A stretch of DNA of 64,000 nucleotides from Vitrella brassicaformis CCMP3155 (Eukaryota; Protista; Chromerida): the NCBI GenBank assembly GCA_001179505.1, contig CDMY01000269.1:1-64000 (forward strand), read 5' to 3'. Each line of letters begins with the position of its first letter. Positions within the stretch are counted from its first letter, which is position 1. Below are positions 12,135-22,156 of the stretch, in pieces. The position numbers were made by a program, and so were the translations under genes. The notes beneath the pieces were generated by a model. That model saw only the letters and a list, made by a program, of their open reading frames with translations. It did not search any database and was not told where the DNA came from.

Positions 12135-13052
12135 GTGTGTGTGGGTATGTGTCTTCAGCCGATGACGAAGAGAACACCGACAAAGCGGAGCGCGCGAGCA
12201 TGGAGCGCATGAAGACTCTCGCAGGAATCAAGTCAGTCAGTCAGTCAGTCGCTGGAATCAGTCACCGGCTGCCTTCAATCTCTCCTGCATCTGTGTCGGT
12301 GTCGGTGTGTTTGGTGTGCAGGAAGCCCCTGATAGCTGCCGTCAAGGGCACTGCGCTGGGCCGGGGCTGTGAGCTGGCCTTCATGTGTGACGCAATCGTC
12401 GCAAGCGACAAGGTCAGCCTAGACAACCCACCCCTCCACCAACTACACACAACACAACACAGTGTGGTCTGCCGGTGTTCAGGCGTCGTTCGGTCCTGGA
12501 GCGGACTCAGATTTCCGTAAGTGAGCAGCAGAGGCCGCAACAGACAGGGAGAAAGTGCTGATGTCTGTCTCCTCGGTGTGGTTGTTTGGCCCCAGATCTG
12601 CGTGATGCGCGGCGTCTGATGAAGACGGTCGGCACCCGGAATGCCATGCGCTTTCTAATGCGCAAGCGGCTCACCGCCAAAGAGGCACACGACCTGCGTA
12701 GGAAAACAACCTGACACCACCCACAGCAGCACATATATGACACTGCAGCATCTGTTTCTCCTTCCCCTCTGTGCTGTGTGTGCGTCTGCTTCCCCGCCCC
12801 CTCTGATATCAATCAGAGTTGGTGACGTCCGTCCATCCCACCGACGAGGTGGTAGACCGCGCTGAATCGATAGGGCACGACATCATCCAGGCGAGGCGGA
12901 AGGTGCACGCGGGAGGGATGCTCGGCGTCTTCTGCCTCGGCCCCATCATCGCCTACTTCTTCATTCTCGAGCCGATGCACAACGACAGTCTCTTCCAGTT
13001 CTGGAGAGTCGTTGGCGAGCGGCTCGGGTTCGCAAATGACGCGAGGGTGTGA
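11323..13052 (+). CDS. Divergent enoyl-CoA hydratase/crotonase-fold protein with mitochondrial-type leader and C-terminal hydrophobic helix; one exon probably hidden in the gap at 11780-12079
   Basis: RNALSDKMFADIVQSL and KPLIAAVKGTALGRGCELAFMCDAIVASD match crotonase KPVIAAVNGxALGGGCELAxxCD; LTAKEAHDL-QLVTSV also fits. The N-terminus is basic and Ser-rich. Confidence 0.8.
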
Positions 13053-13463
13053 CCGGCTGATGGGCGGCTGGGCGGCTGGTTGGTTGTTGTGTGAGTGCTC
13101 TCTGTGTGGGTGAGAGATGGCTGTGCTATACGGACTTTTTGGTGAGGCCGGCGGTGACTGACTTGACTGGCTGACAGATGCAATCGTGTGACCGACAATC
13201 GGATTGAGTGAGTGGGCAGACAGAGCAATGTGTTCCCAACTCGTGTGCCTGCCTTATAGCTACGCACAAACGTCCGCATCACGTGTCGCGGGAACAGACA
13301 AGACAAGGCAAGACGCTCCAAATCCATTCATTCTTCACACGGTGGCCACACGCATCGCGCAATGGACGCTTCCCACCCCCTTGTCAGTCAGCACACCACA
13401 CCATAGCGCAGCACCGTGCACCAACCACGGTCACCACCAGCACAGCTGAGACTCCGCATCTGT

Positions 13464-13871
13464 CTATCTGATGTCCTTGAGGTCAGGTATGACAAACTCG
13501 AGCAGCCCCTTGTTGAGCACCAGCTCCAGCAGCACGATGCCCACGAAGCCCATCATCGCCCACCGCCCGTTCAGCCGCTCAGGCCACTGGTGGAATCCCA
13601 CCTTGGGCTCGATGCTGCTGTTCGGACCGATGTCGTACTTGGTCTCGTAGAAGTCACGCGGCTGCACCGACGGCAGCCGAGTCAGTGCCGCTGCTCCTGC
13701 TCCTGCTGCTGCTGCTGCTCCTTCTCGATAATGCATGGCACTGGCAGGATGGTTGCGATGGAGCGAAGAGGGAGATCTGCTCAGCGGCGGGGCGGAAGGT
13801 GGTGGCTGGAAGGCCTCAGTGGCCGATAGGAGAGCCGCGAGGGCGACGGCAACGCATAGAAGCGCCTGCAT
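13464..13871 (-). CDS. One-helix light-harvesting-like protein (HLIP/OHP) with bipartite plastid-targeting leader, intronless
   Basis: Chlorophyll-binding motif WPERLNGRWAMMGFVGIVLLEL (ExxNGRxAM). Signal peptide MQALLCVAVALAALLSATEA followed by F (ASAFAP-like cleavage) and a Ser/Pro-rich transit peptide. Confidence 0.92.
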   Translation of the reverse strand: MQALLCVAVALAALLSATEAFQPPPSAPPLSRSPSSLHRNHPASAMHYREGAAAAAGAGAAALTRLPSVQPRDFYETKYDIGPNSSIEPKVGFHQWPERLNGRWAMMGFVGIVLLELVLNKGLLEFVIPDLKDIR

Positions 13872-13904
13872 TTCTGCCAGAGCAGCGATCGGCGGTTTCG
13901 CATC

Positions 13905-13913
13905 TGCGAGCTT
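13905..13913 (+). promoter_or_regulatory. TGCGAGCTT motif in the 160-bp divergent OHP/GlyRS promoter
   Basis: Exact 9-mer, 34 bp from the OHP ATG and 119 bp from the GlyRS ATG. Confidence 0.55.
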
Positions 13914-14031
13914 AAAGAGGCAGAGCGTGTGCAAGACGGCGTGGGGGCGGCTGTTGCCAGTGTCGAGGCGACTCAGTAGACCCATCAGTTCATCTGGCAT
14001 TTGGCCGCTGCGTCAGTGTGTTAGCGGCAGG

Positions 14032-16984
14032 ATGACGCTCGAGAACGGTCTGTCGCTCAAGGATGAGGTGCAGCGGATGCGCGCCGAGGTGGCGACGCAG
14101 GGCGAGCGGGTGCGCAAGCTCAAGAAGGACGGCGCGGTCAAGGCGGCCATCGACACGGAGGTCTCGACACTGTCCGACCTCAAGGCCAAGCTGCAGCAGA
14201 AGGAGAAGCAGCTCGAGGAGAGCACGCCGCTGTACACCCGCTGCCGCGAGCCGCTCGAGAACCTGGTCAAGCGGCGGCTGTTTGTGATCCCGGGCTTCGA
14301 GATCTATGGTGGCGTAGCGGGGCTATTTGACTTCGGTCCGCCTGGGTGTGCGCTCAAGGCTGAGGTGGAGGCGCTGTGGCGGCGGCACTTTGTGCTGCAC
14401 GAGGACATGCTTGAGGTGTCGGGCACTTGCCTGACGCCCGAGGTGGTCCTCAAGACCTCCGGCCACGTCGACCGCTTCACCGACCTGATGGTCAAGGACA
14501 CCGTCACGGGCGAGTGCTACCGGGCCGACAAGATCCTCGAGGAACAGATTGAGGCCAAGCAGAAGGCCGGCCTGCCCCCAGACGAGCACGACAGGCTGGA
14601 GAAGCTCAAGGTGCAGGCGGACGCACTCAGCAGTGAGGAAATGCACCAGGCCTTCCTGGATTTGGGCATCAAGTCGCCCGACGGCAACGGATTCTCGACG
14701 CCCTTCCCCTTCAACCTCATGTTCAAGACGTCCATCGGGCCCAAGGGGGACCTGGTGGGCTACCTGCGGCCCGAGACAGCCCAGGGCATCTTCGTCAACT
14801 TCAGGCGGCTGCTCGAGTTCAACGGAGGCAAGATGCCCTTCGCCGCCGCTCAGCTGGGTTTGGGCTTCCGCAATGAGATCGCACCGAGGTCCGGGCTGCT
14901 GCGCGTCAGAGAGTTCCAGGTGATCAGCCGCGGAGGGAGGGAGGGAAAGTGGTTAGACGGGAGCATGGCTGTTGTCTGCCTGTGTGAATGTGTGTGTGTG
15001 TGTGTGTGTTTGTGTGTGTGTGTTGTGCTTGCAGATGGGTGAGATTGAGCATTTTGTGCACCCCGACCACAAAGAGCACCCCAAGTTCGGCGCAGTCAAG
15101 GACATGAAGTTGCCCCTGTTTCCCAGAGACCGACAGCTGGGCGACGGCAAGGTAAGGTCACCCAGCCACCTTGGCAAAACAGTCAGCCCACCAGCGGGCA
15201 GCACGTGTGTGTGTGTGTGTGTGTGGTTGTAGGTTGTGATGGACATGACCCTCGAGCATGCCGTCCAGACCAAAGTCATCAACAACGAGACTCTCGCGTA
15301 GGCCATGTGCAGCCATACATCCACACAAAGAGGGAGAGATGCGTGTGTATCTGTGTGTGTGCCGTGCTTGTGCAGTTATTTCCTGGCCCGTACCTACCTG
15401 TTTCTGACCAAGTGCGGCATCCAGCACGTCGGCATGAGGTTCCGTCAGCACCTCGAGACAGAAATGGCGCACTACGCATGCGACTGCTGGGTGGCTGGGC
15501 GGACACACAGAGGGCGCAAGACCCATATAGCGGCTGGCTTCATGCCGTTGGTTTGGCTGGCTGTCTGCAGGATTGTGAGATCGAGACGTCTTACGGCTGG
15601 GTTGAGTGCGTGGGCCACGCCGACAGATCGGCATACGACCTCTCACACCACACCAAGGCAAGCAGGCTCCCCAAGCCATCTTATTGGCTGAGTGCACTGT
15701 CCGACTTGGCTGGCACTGCAGGCGAGCAAAGTCGATCTGGTGGCGCAACACAAATTCGACGCGCCCCGCGACATTGAGTACGTCAAGTTCACGCCCAACC
15801 GGCCTAAGCTGGGGCAGGCCTTCAAGCAGGACCAGGCGGCTGTCATTGAGGCACTCGAGGAGAAACCTGACCAAGAGAGACTCCACATACAGCAACAGGT
15901 GAGTGGGCAGGAGGGCAGGCAGTGGGTGACTGTGTTGACATGACTGACCTGTCTGAACCCATCACCACATCTGCAGCTGGACGCGAGCGGCACTTACGAG
16001 CTGAAGCTGTGCACGGGCCAGTCGTTCACCATCACCAAGGAAATGGCCAAATTCGAAAAGGCCGTCAAGAGAGGTCAGCGACTGAGGCATGCAGGCCGCC
16101 CCACCAAGAGGACACATCCACACATCCCTGCCTGCCTGTGTGTCTGTCTGTGGGTCTGTGTGTGTCTGTGTGTCTGTGGGTCTGTGTTGTGCTGCGTGCA
16201 GTGGCTGTGGAGGCGTACGTGCCGGCGGTTATCGAGCCGTCCTTTGGCATTGGCCGCATTATCTACTGTATCCTCGAACACACTTTCCGCTCCAGAGGCA
16301 TCCAGGTACACACACAGGGAGCCACACAGACACCCATCGGCAGACAGACAGACAGACACAACGACTGTTTGGTGGTTGGCTGTGCTGTGTGCTCATCTCT
16401 CACCCCATCCATCCATCAATGCATCCGTCAGGATCAGGAAGAGCGCTGTTTCCTGTCGCTGCCACCGGTGATAGCGCCCATCAAGTGCTCCGTGCTGCCC
16501 ATCTCCGCCAACACTCAGTTCGACGACCTCATCAACCAGCTCAAGGAACAGCTCACCTACCACGGCGTCTCGTCTCAGGTCGACAGCACGTCGGCATCCA
16601 TCGGCAGGTCGGCATTATCACCGTGAGACACACACACACACACACTCGGACACAGAAGCGGCGCCTTCCTCTGGTTGCTTTGTGCGCATCGATCATGCAG
16701 GCGCTACGCGCGCACCGACGAGCTGGGAATTCCTTTCGGCATCACTGTTGACTTCCAGTCGGTCAAGGACAGCACTGTCACACTCAGAGAGCGCGACTCG
16801 ATGAAACAAATCAGAGTCCCGGTGAGTCCGTCCACCTGCTGCAATTCCATTTGTATTGGATGGGATGGCATTGGTTGTGCAGGCGATTGAGATTCCCGAG
16901 TTGGTCCACAACATGGTGGCTGGCCGCACGACGTGGGACAAGGCGAGAGACAAGTACCCGGAGTTCATCGCACAGGAGGCATGA
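14032..16984 (+). CDS. GARS: Glycyl-tRNA synthetase (eukaryotic alpha2 type) with N-terminal WHEP domain, multi-exon
   Basis: [14 protein letters not shown]; motifs [102 protein letters not shown]; stop at 16982-16984. Confidence 0.97.
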
Positions 16985-18664
16985 CTGACTCGGTGGCTCT
17001 GATTCCGTGTAATGTAGCTGCCTGCAGCCGCCTGATAGATGCGATAGATACAAATGTCTGTCTGTCTGTGTCTGTCGATGCGTGTCACTGCATGGGTGCG
17101 CATGGCACCCATGCAGTGATGTGATTTTGTTGCCTCATTGCAATGTGTGTGTGACGTCGTTATGTAATTTTCATTTTGGTCAATCAACGAACCAATTCAA
17201 TTCACGTGTGTGTGTGTGTGTGTGCCTCTGTGTGTGACTGTTTGTTAATCTGTCTGCCTGTGTCGCTGGCTGTGCGTGTCGTGCGCTGAACGAACAATCC
17301 ATCCATCCGTCCGTCATGATCAATCAATGTGTGTGTGTGTGTGTGTACTGTGGGCCTCGACAGCCGCTGAATCCATTGCCTGCACTCGTCTGCCATGCCA
17401 ACCATGTGTGCGCGTCTGCTGCTGATGGCTGCAGCTGTGTTGTCTTCGGTGTGCGTCGGCTTATAATGATGAGAATGAGCCGCGGTGAGGACATTTCTGT
17501 GGCGGTGCGGCGACGTCTGACACTCATAAAGTATCCCAATCCCATCGACAGCCCTCGACACCTCTGACTCTCTATCCCCTGGTGAGTGAGACACACAGTC
17601 AGAGAAACATGCTTGTCATTCTCTCAATCACTCAAGTCACGTGTGTCTCTCTTGCACCGGATGTGTCTGTTGTATCTCTCCTTCGGTGTGTGGGGTTGCC
17701 TACAGAAACGAGGGCCGCCGAAGGGATTTGACCGTGTGACGCATCAACTGCAATGTGTGTATGCGCATTTGGCGGGGTGTCGATGTGTGTACACCAGCGC
17801 GCGTCTGTCACGTATACATGCGTACGTACATATTTGTTGTCATATACGTACATACTTGTTGAAGACGTGGATGACAATTCATGCGTTTCAATGAAAGGAC
17901 GCCTGAATGATTTGTTCCAATCTATGTGTTTGAATCTATGTGTTTGAATGAATCCGTCCATCCATCCACCATGCACTGGTCCGTTCAGCGGTGTCGACAT
18001 ATCCGTGTGTGTCCATACCATATGAGTGTTCCCATGCACCCACCCACCCGCCCATCCATCCGACAAGCCGTATCACGTGATGTCTTGTCATGTCTTCTCC
18101 GTGTGTGTTCTCCGTGTGTGTGTGGCTGCCCACCCGTCAGACAGTCGGCCGCTCGCCTGTTGGAGCATACAACCACATGACCGGTCGGCGGACACAAACA
18201 ACACACCCACAACACACAACACACGTGCACGAAGGCGAGCCAGCTGAAGGTAAACACTTGCCTGCCTCGCTACACGAACGCTCCCATGGGCGACGTCATT
18301 CCATCGACCCACACCCACACGTATGCAGCCGTCATCCCTGTGGGCCCATCACGTCTTTGTGGGCAAACGGACAGCACGACGGTCGATGCTGCACACGTGT
18401 ACGCATACATGTAGTATGAGACGATCGATCAGTGAAGCAGTCAGATAGGTACAGACGTACGTACGTATGTATGTGTCTTACGGGCCACGAAGCCCAAAAT
18501 AACGCCCACCAGTCACGTCAAACTCACTACGGTCCAAATTACATATCAGGGCAGCCACACACACGCTCTCACTCACTCAGTCATGCGCTCCCCCTCCCCC
18601 CCGGTGTCCCCCCATGTGTGGATGCACAACCAATCAAAGACAGGCAAGCGAGACAGTGAGTCGC

Positions 18665-19349
18665 TTAATTGCGGTTTCGGCTGGCAATGACGTTCGTCTC
18701 CAGGGTGAGGCAGTCCGCGCGTGCCTGAGCAGCGGCGGGGCTGCGGAGGTGGGCGTCAGTGGACTTGACGTCGATGCAGGCCTGCAGCTGCAGCTCGATG
18801 GCCTTGGCCTCGTCGCCGTGCTCCTCGGCCCACTTCTCGTCACACCAGTCCCACAGGCACGACTGAGATAGGGAGAAAGTGACAACACAGCACAGCACAG
18901 CACAGACACACCATGGCAACTCTGTGTGTCCCTCTGTCTGTCTATCTGTCTGCCCATGTGCTGTCCGTACGTGTGTCCAGCAGAGGACGTCGAACGGATG
19001 GCAAGACCAGCAGCAGTGCTTGTCATCATCCGGCTTGGCTGCAGTCAATCAGTCAACGGGTAACAACACGCACCCAATACATGCGTGTGTGTGTGTGTGC
19101 GGTGTGCGTACGAGTGGGGGTCGTCTTGGGCGGGGGAGTGGTCTTCTCCATGTGGCGCTTGTCGGGCAGGCAGGCAGAGAAGGAGCACTCATGCTTCCAG
19201 CACTCGTGGTCAACTGCGTGACGCATCAACCAAACCACATCAGTGCGTGTGCGCGCGTGCGCGTGTGCGGGGAAGAGGTGGTGCTTGCTTACGGATGTGG
19301 CAGTGGAGGCAGCACTTGCCGTCCCTGTCGTAAGGGTACTTGGGTCTCT

Positions 19350-19386
<37 letters not shown>

Positions 19387-19790
19387 GACAGACAGGCAGG
19401 CAGGCAGGCAGGCAGACAGGGAGCATACCACAGCACACACACACCACACACATCACATGAGACATGTCTCATGCCTTCTTCCCCTCCCTCCCTCCCTCCC
19501 TCCCCGTTCCTACTGGTCGGCTTGGGCGTCGTGGTGGGCTCCGGTGTGGTCGTCTCGTTGTCACCGTCAGTGCCGTCAGTGCCGTCAGCGCCGTCAGCGC
19601 CGTCAGCGCCGTCAGCGCCGTCAGCGCCGTCAGCGCCGTCAGCGCCGTCAGCGCCGTCAGTCCCGTCAGCGCCGTCAGTGCCGTCAGTGCCGTCAACTGG
19701 CTCGGGTTCATTCTGGAGCCGACGTGGCACTTCCTGTGCCGCCGCCAAGGCGAGCAGGCCGATAAGGGCAAGAGCGAAGAGGGTCCTCAT
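18665..19790 (-). CDS. Secreted Cys-rich protein, paralogue A: signal peptide, (G-A/T-D)n collagen-like repeat, two CCxxCHxxDxxCW modules, helical C-terminus; 5 exons
   Basis: MRTLFALALIGLLALAAAQ signal. Frame-consistent GT-AG exons give KCCLHCHILDHECWKHECSFSAC and HCCWSCHPFDVLCWTHSCLWDWC. The same exon structure is seen in paralogue B. Confidence 0.8.
19564..19695 (-). repeat. Coding 9-bp tandem repeat (about 14 units) encoding DGT/DGA
   Basis: Plus-strand unit CCGTCAGYG repeated; translates on the minus strand as DGTDGTDGADGTDGADGA... Confidence 0.95.
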
Positions 19791-20907
19791 CGTGGTGACG
19801 ATGCTGGCGGGGGAGCGAAACGACTGGGAAAGGGGAAGGGGACGAGAAACTAAGGAAGAGAGACAAAGGAAAAGAGAATGGATCACGAGAACCGAATGTG
19901 TACGCACGCTGTAGCCAATCCGCAACGGCCGGCCGTTACGGCGCCGTTAGCGGCGGTGCGAGCTTCTTCAATCTGAGCCCGCAAAGAATGCCTAGGTGGC
20001 TGCTGTTGTCTGCTGTGATAATGGTGGTTGAAATGTTCACTGATTACCAGAGATCGAGTCGTCAAAACAACAGTTGATTGATCGGTAACATGATTGGTAT
20101 GCGAACCAAAGCAAACAGTCTCCGCGCGTGTCCATATGAGTGTTCTCATGCATCCATCCATCCATCGCTCGACAGCACGTGACTTCTGTGGTTTGTGTGG
20201 CTATCGGCCCGTCAGTCAGTCGGTCGCTCGCGTGTTGGGAGCACCCAACCGACGACCGGCCGACAGACACAAACAAACAAACAAAACAAAACAAAAACAA
20301 ACAAGACACACAAGACACACGACGACACACAAAACAACCACACACAGCACACGTGCATGAAGGCGACCCAGCGCAAGAAAAACCTGCCTCACTCATCCGA
20401 AGGCTTTCATGGATGACACGACGTCCACCGACCCTCAATGACCCACCCACGCAAAAACAGGCAGACACGCACTCACACCCACACCCTTACCCACACGTAT
20501 GCAGCCGTCATCTCTGTGGGCCCATCCTGTCTTTGTGGGCAAACGGACAGCACGACGGTTGACGTACGTGTATATATACATGGAGTATGAGACGAATGGA
20601 CGAATAGACCAATGGACCAACGAACGATCGAGCAGAAAGCAATCGATATCAGGAACGCGCGTGTGTACGTATGCCATGTGCCCTGAAGCCGAAAAGAAAC
20701 CCCACACCCGATATGTACACCACTGCACATTGCAAATTACATATCAGGGCAGCCACACACGCACACGCACACACACAGACACACGCTCTCACTCACGTAG
20801 ACAGATGGTGAATGAAGGAACGAATGGACGAACAACCGGCCTCCCCCCTCCCCGCCTCCCATGTGTCGATACACAATCAAAGACAGGCAAGCAAGACAGG
20901 CAGTTGA

Positions 20908-22156
20908 TTAGTTGAGGTTGGCCTGTCGGCTGGCGATGATGTTGTTCTCCAGGGTGAGGCACCGCTCGCGTGCCTCGGCAGCGGAGGGGCTGCGGAGGTG
21001 GGCTTCAGTGAGCTTGAGGTCGGTGCAGGCCTGCAGCTGAAGCTCGATGGCCTTGATTTGGTCGGCGTTCTGCTCAGCCCACTTGTCGTCACACCAGTCC
21101 CAACCGCACGACTGAGACAATGCCGCATAACACAACACAGCACAGCACAGCACAGACACAGCATGGCAACTCAGTCTGGTCTCTGCCCATGTGCTGTCCG
21201 TACGTGTGTCCAGCAGAAGAGATCAAATGCATGGCAGTCCCAGCAGCAGTTCTTGTCATCATCCGGCTTGGCTGCAGTCAGTCGGTCAGTCAGTCAGTCA
21301 AGAGGCAACAACAAGTTGGGATCAATCGCCTCCGTGTGTGTGCGGTGTGCGTACGAGTGGGGGGCGGGGGAGTGGTCTTCTCAACGTGGCGCTTGTCGGG
21401 CAGGCAGGCACTGAAAGAGCATTCGTACTTCCAGCACTCGTGGTCGACTGCAATATCAACCACACAAAAGGCGCACACAGAGGGAGGCATCAGTGTGTGT
21501 ATGTAGGTGTGCGTGTGCGTGTGCGTGTGTGCGAGGGGGAGGTGGTGCTTGCTTACGGATGTGGCAGTGGAGGCAGCACTTGCCGTCCTTGTCGTGAGGG
21601 TACTTTGGTCTCTCTGCACACACACACACACANNNNNNNNNNNNNNNNNNNNNNNNNNNNNNNNNNNNNNNNNNNNNNNNNNNNNNNNNNNNNNNNNNNN
21701 NNNNNNNNNNNNNNNNNNNNNNNNNNNNNNNNNNNNNNNNNNNNNNNNNNNNNNNNNNNNNNNNNNNNNNNNNNNNNNNNNNNNNNNNNNNNNNNNNNNN
21801 NNNNNNNNNNNNNNNNNNNNNNNNNNNNNNNNNNNNNNNNNNNNNNNNNNNNNNNNNNNNNNNNNNNNNNNNNNNNNNNNNNNNNNNNNNNNNNNNNNNN
21901 NNNNNNNNNNNNNNNNNNNNNNNNNNNNNNNNTCCCTCCCTCCCTCCCCGCTCCTACTGGTCGGCTTGGGCGTCGGTGTGGTGGTGGGCGGGGGCGTGGT
22001 GGTGGTGGGCGGGGGCGTGGTGGTGGTGGGCGGGGGCGTCGTGGTGGTGGGCGGGGGCGTCGGGCAGTCGTGGGGCGGGCATCTCCTCTGAGGCAGCTCC
22101 TGTGCCGCCGCCAAGGCGAGCAGGCCGATAAGGGCAAGGGCGAAGAGGGTCCTCAT
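20908..22156 (-). CDS. Secreted Cys-rich protein, paralogue B: signal peptide, (PPPTTTT)n mucin-like linker, two CCxxCHxxDxxCW modules; gap inside intron 1
   Basis: Identical signal MRTLFALALIGLLALAAAQ; modules KCCLHCHILDHECWKYECSFSAC and NCCWDCHAFDLFCWTHSCGWDWC; C-terminus KWAEQNADQIKAIELQLQAC...RQANLN*. Confidence 0.8.
21978..22061 (-). repeat. Coding 21-bp tandem repeat (about 4 units) encoding PPPTTTT
   Basis: Plus-strand unit GTGGTGGTGGGCGGGGGCGTG/C repeated. Confidence 0.9.

Noticed and set aside
18850-21600. CxxCH motifs (CLHCH, CWSCH, CWDCH) as c-type haem attachment sites
   Set aside because: The proteins carry an ER signal peptide, and haem c attachment occurs in mitochondria and plastids. 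The motif sits in a six-Cys pattern better explained by disulfides, and the candidate distal His is Tyr in one copy.
19564-22061. CRISPR-like or regulatory arrays
   Set aside because: The repeats are contiguous, have no spacers and lie in frame within eukaryotic exons.
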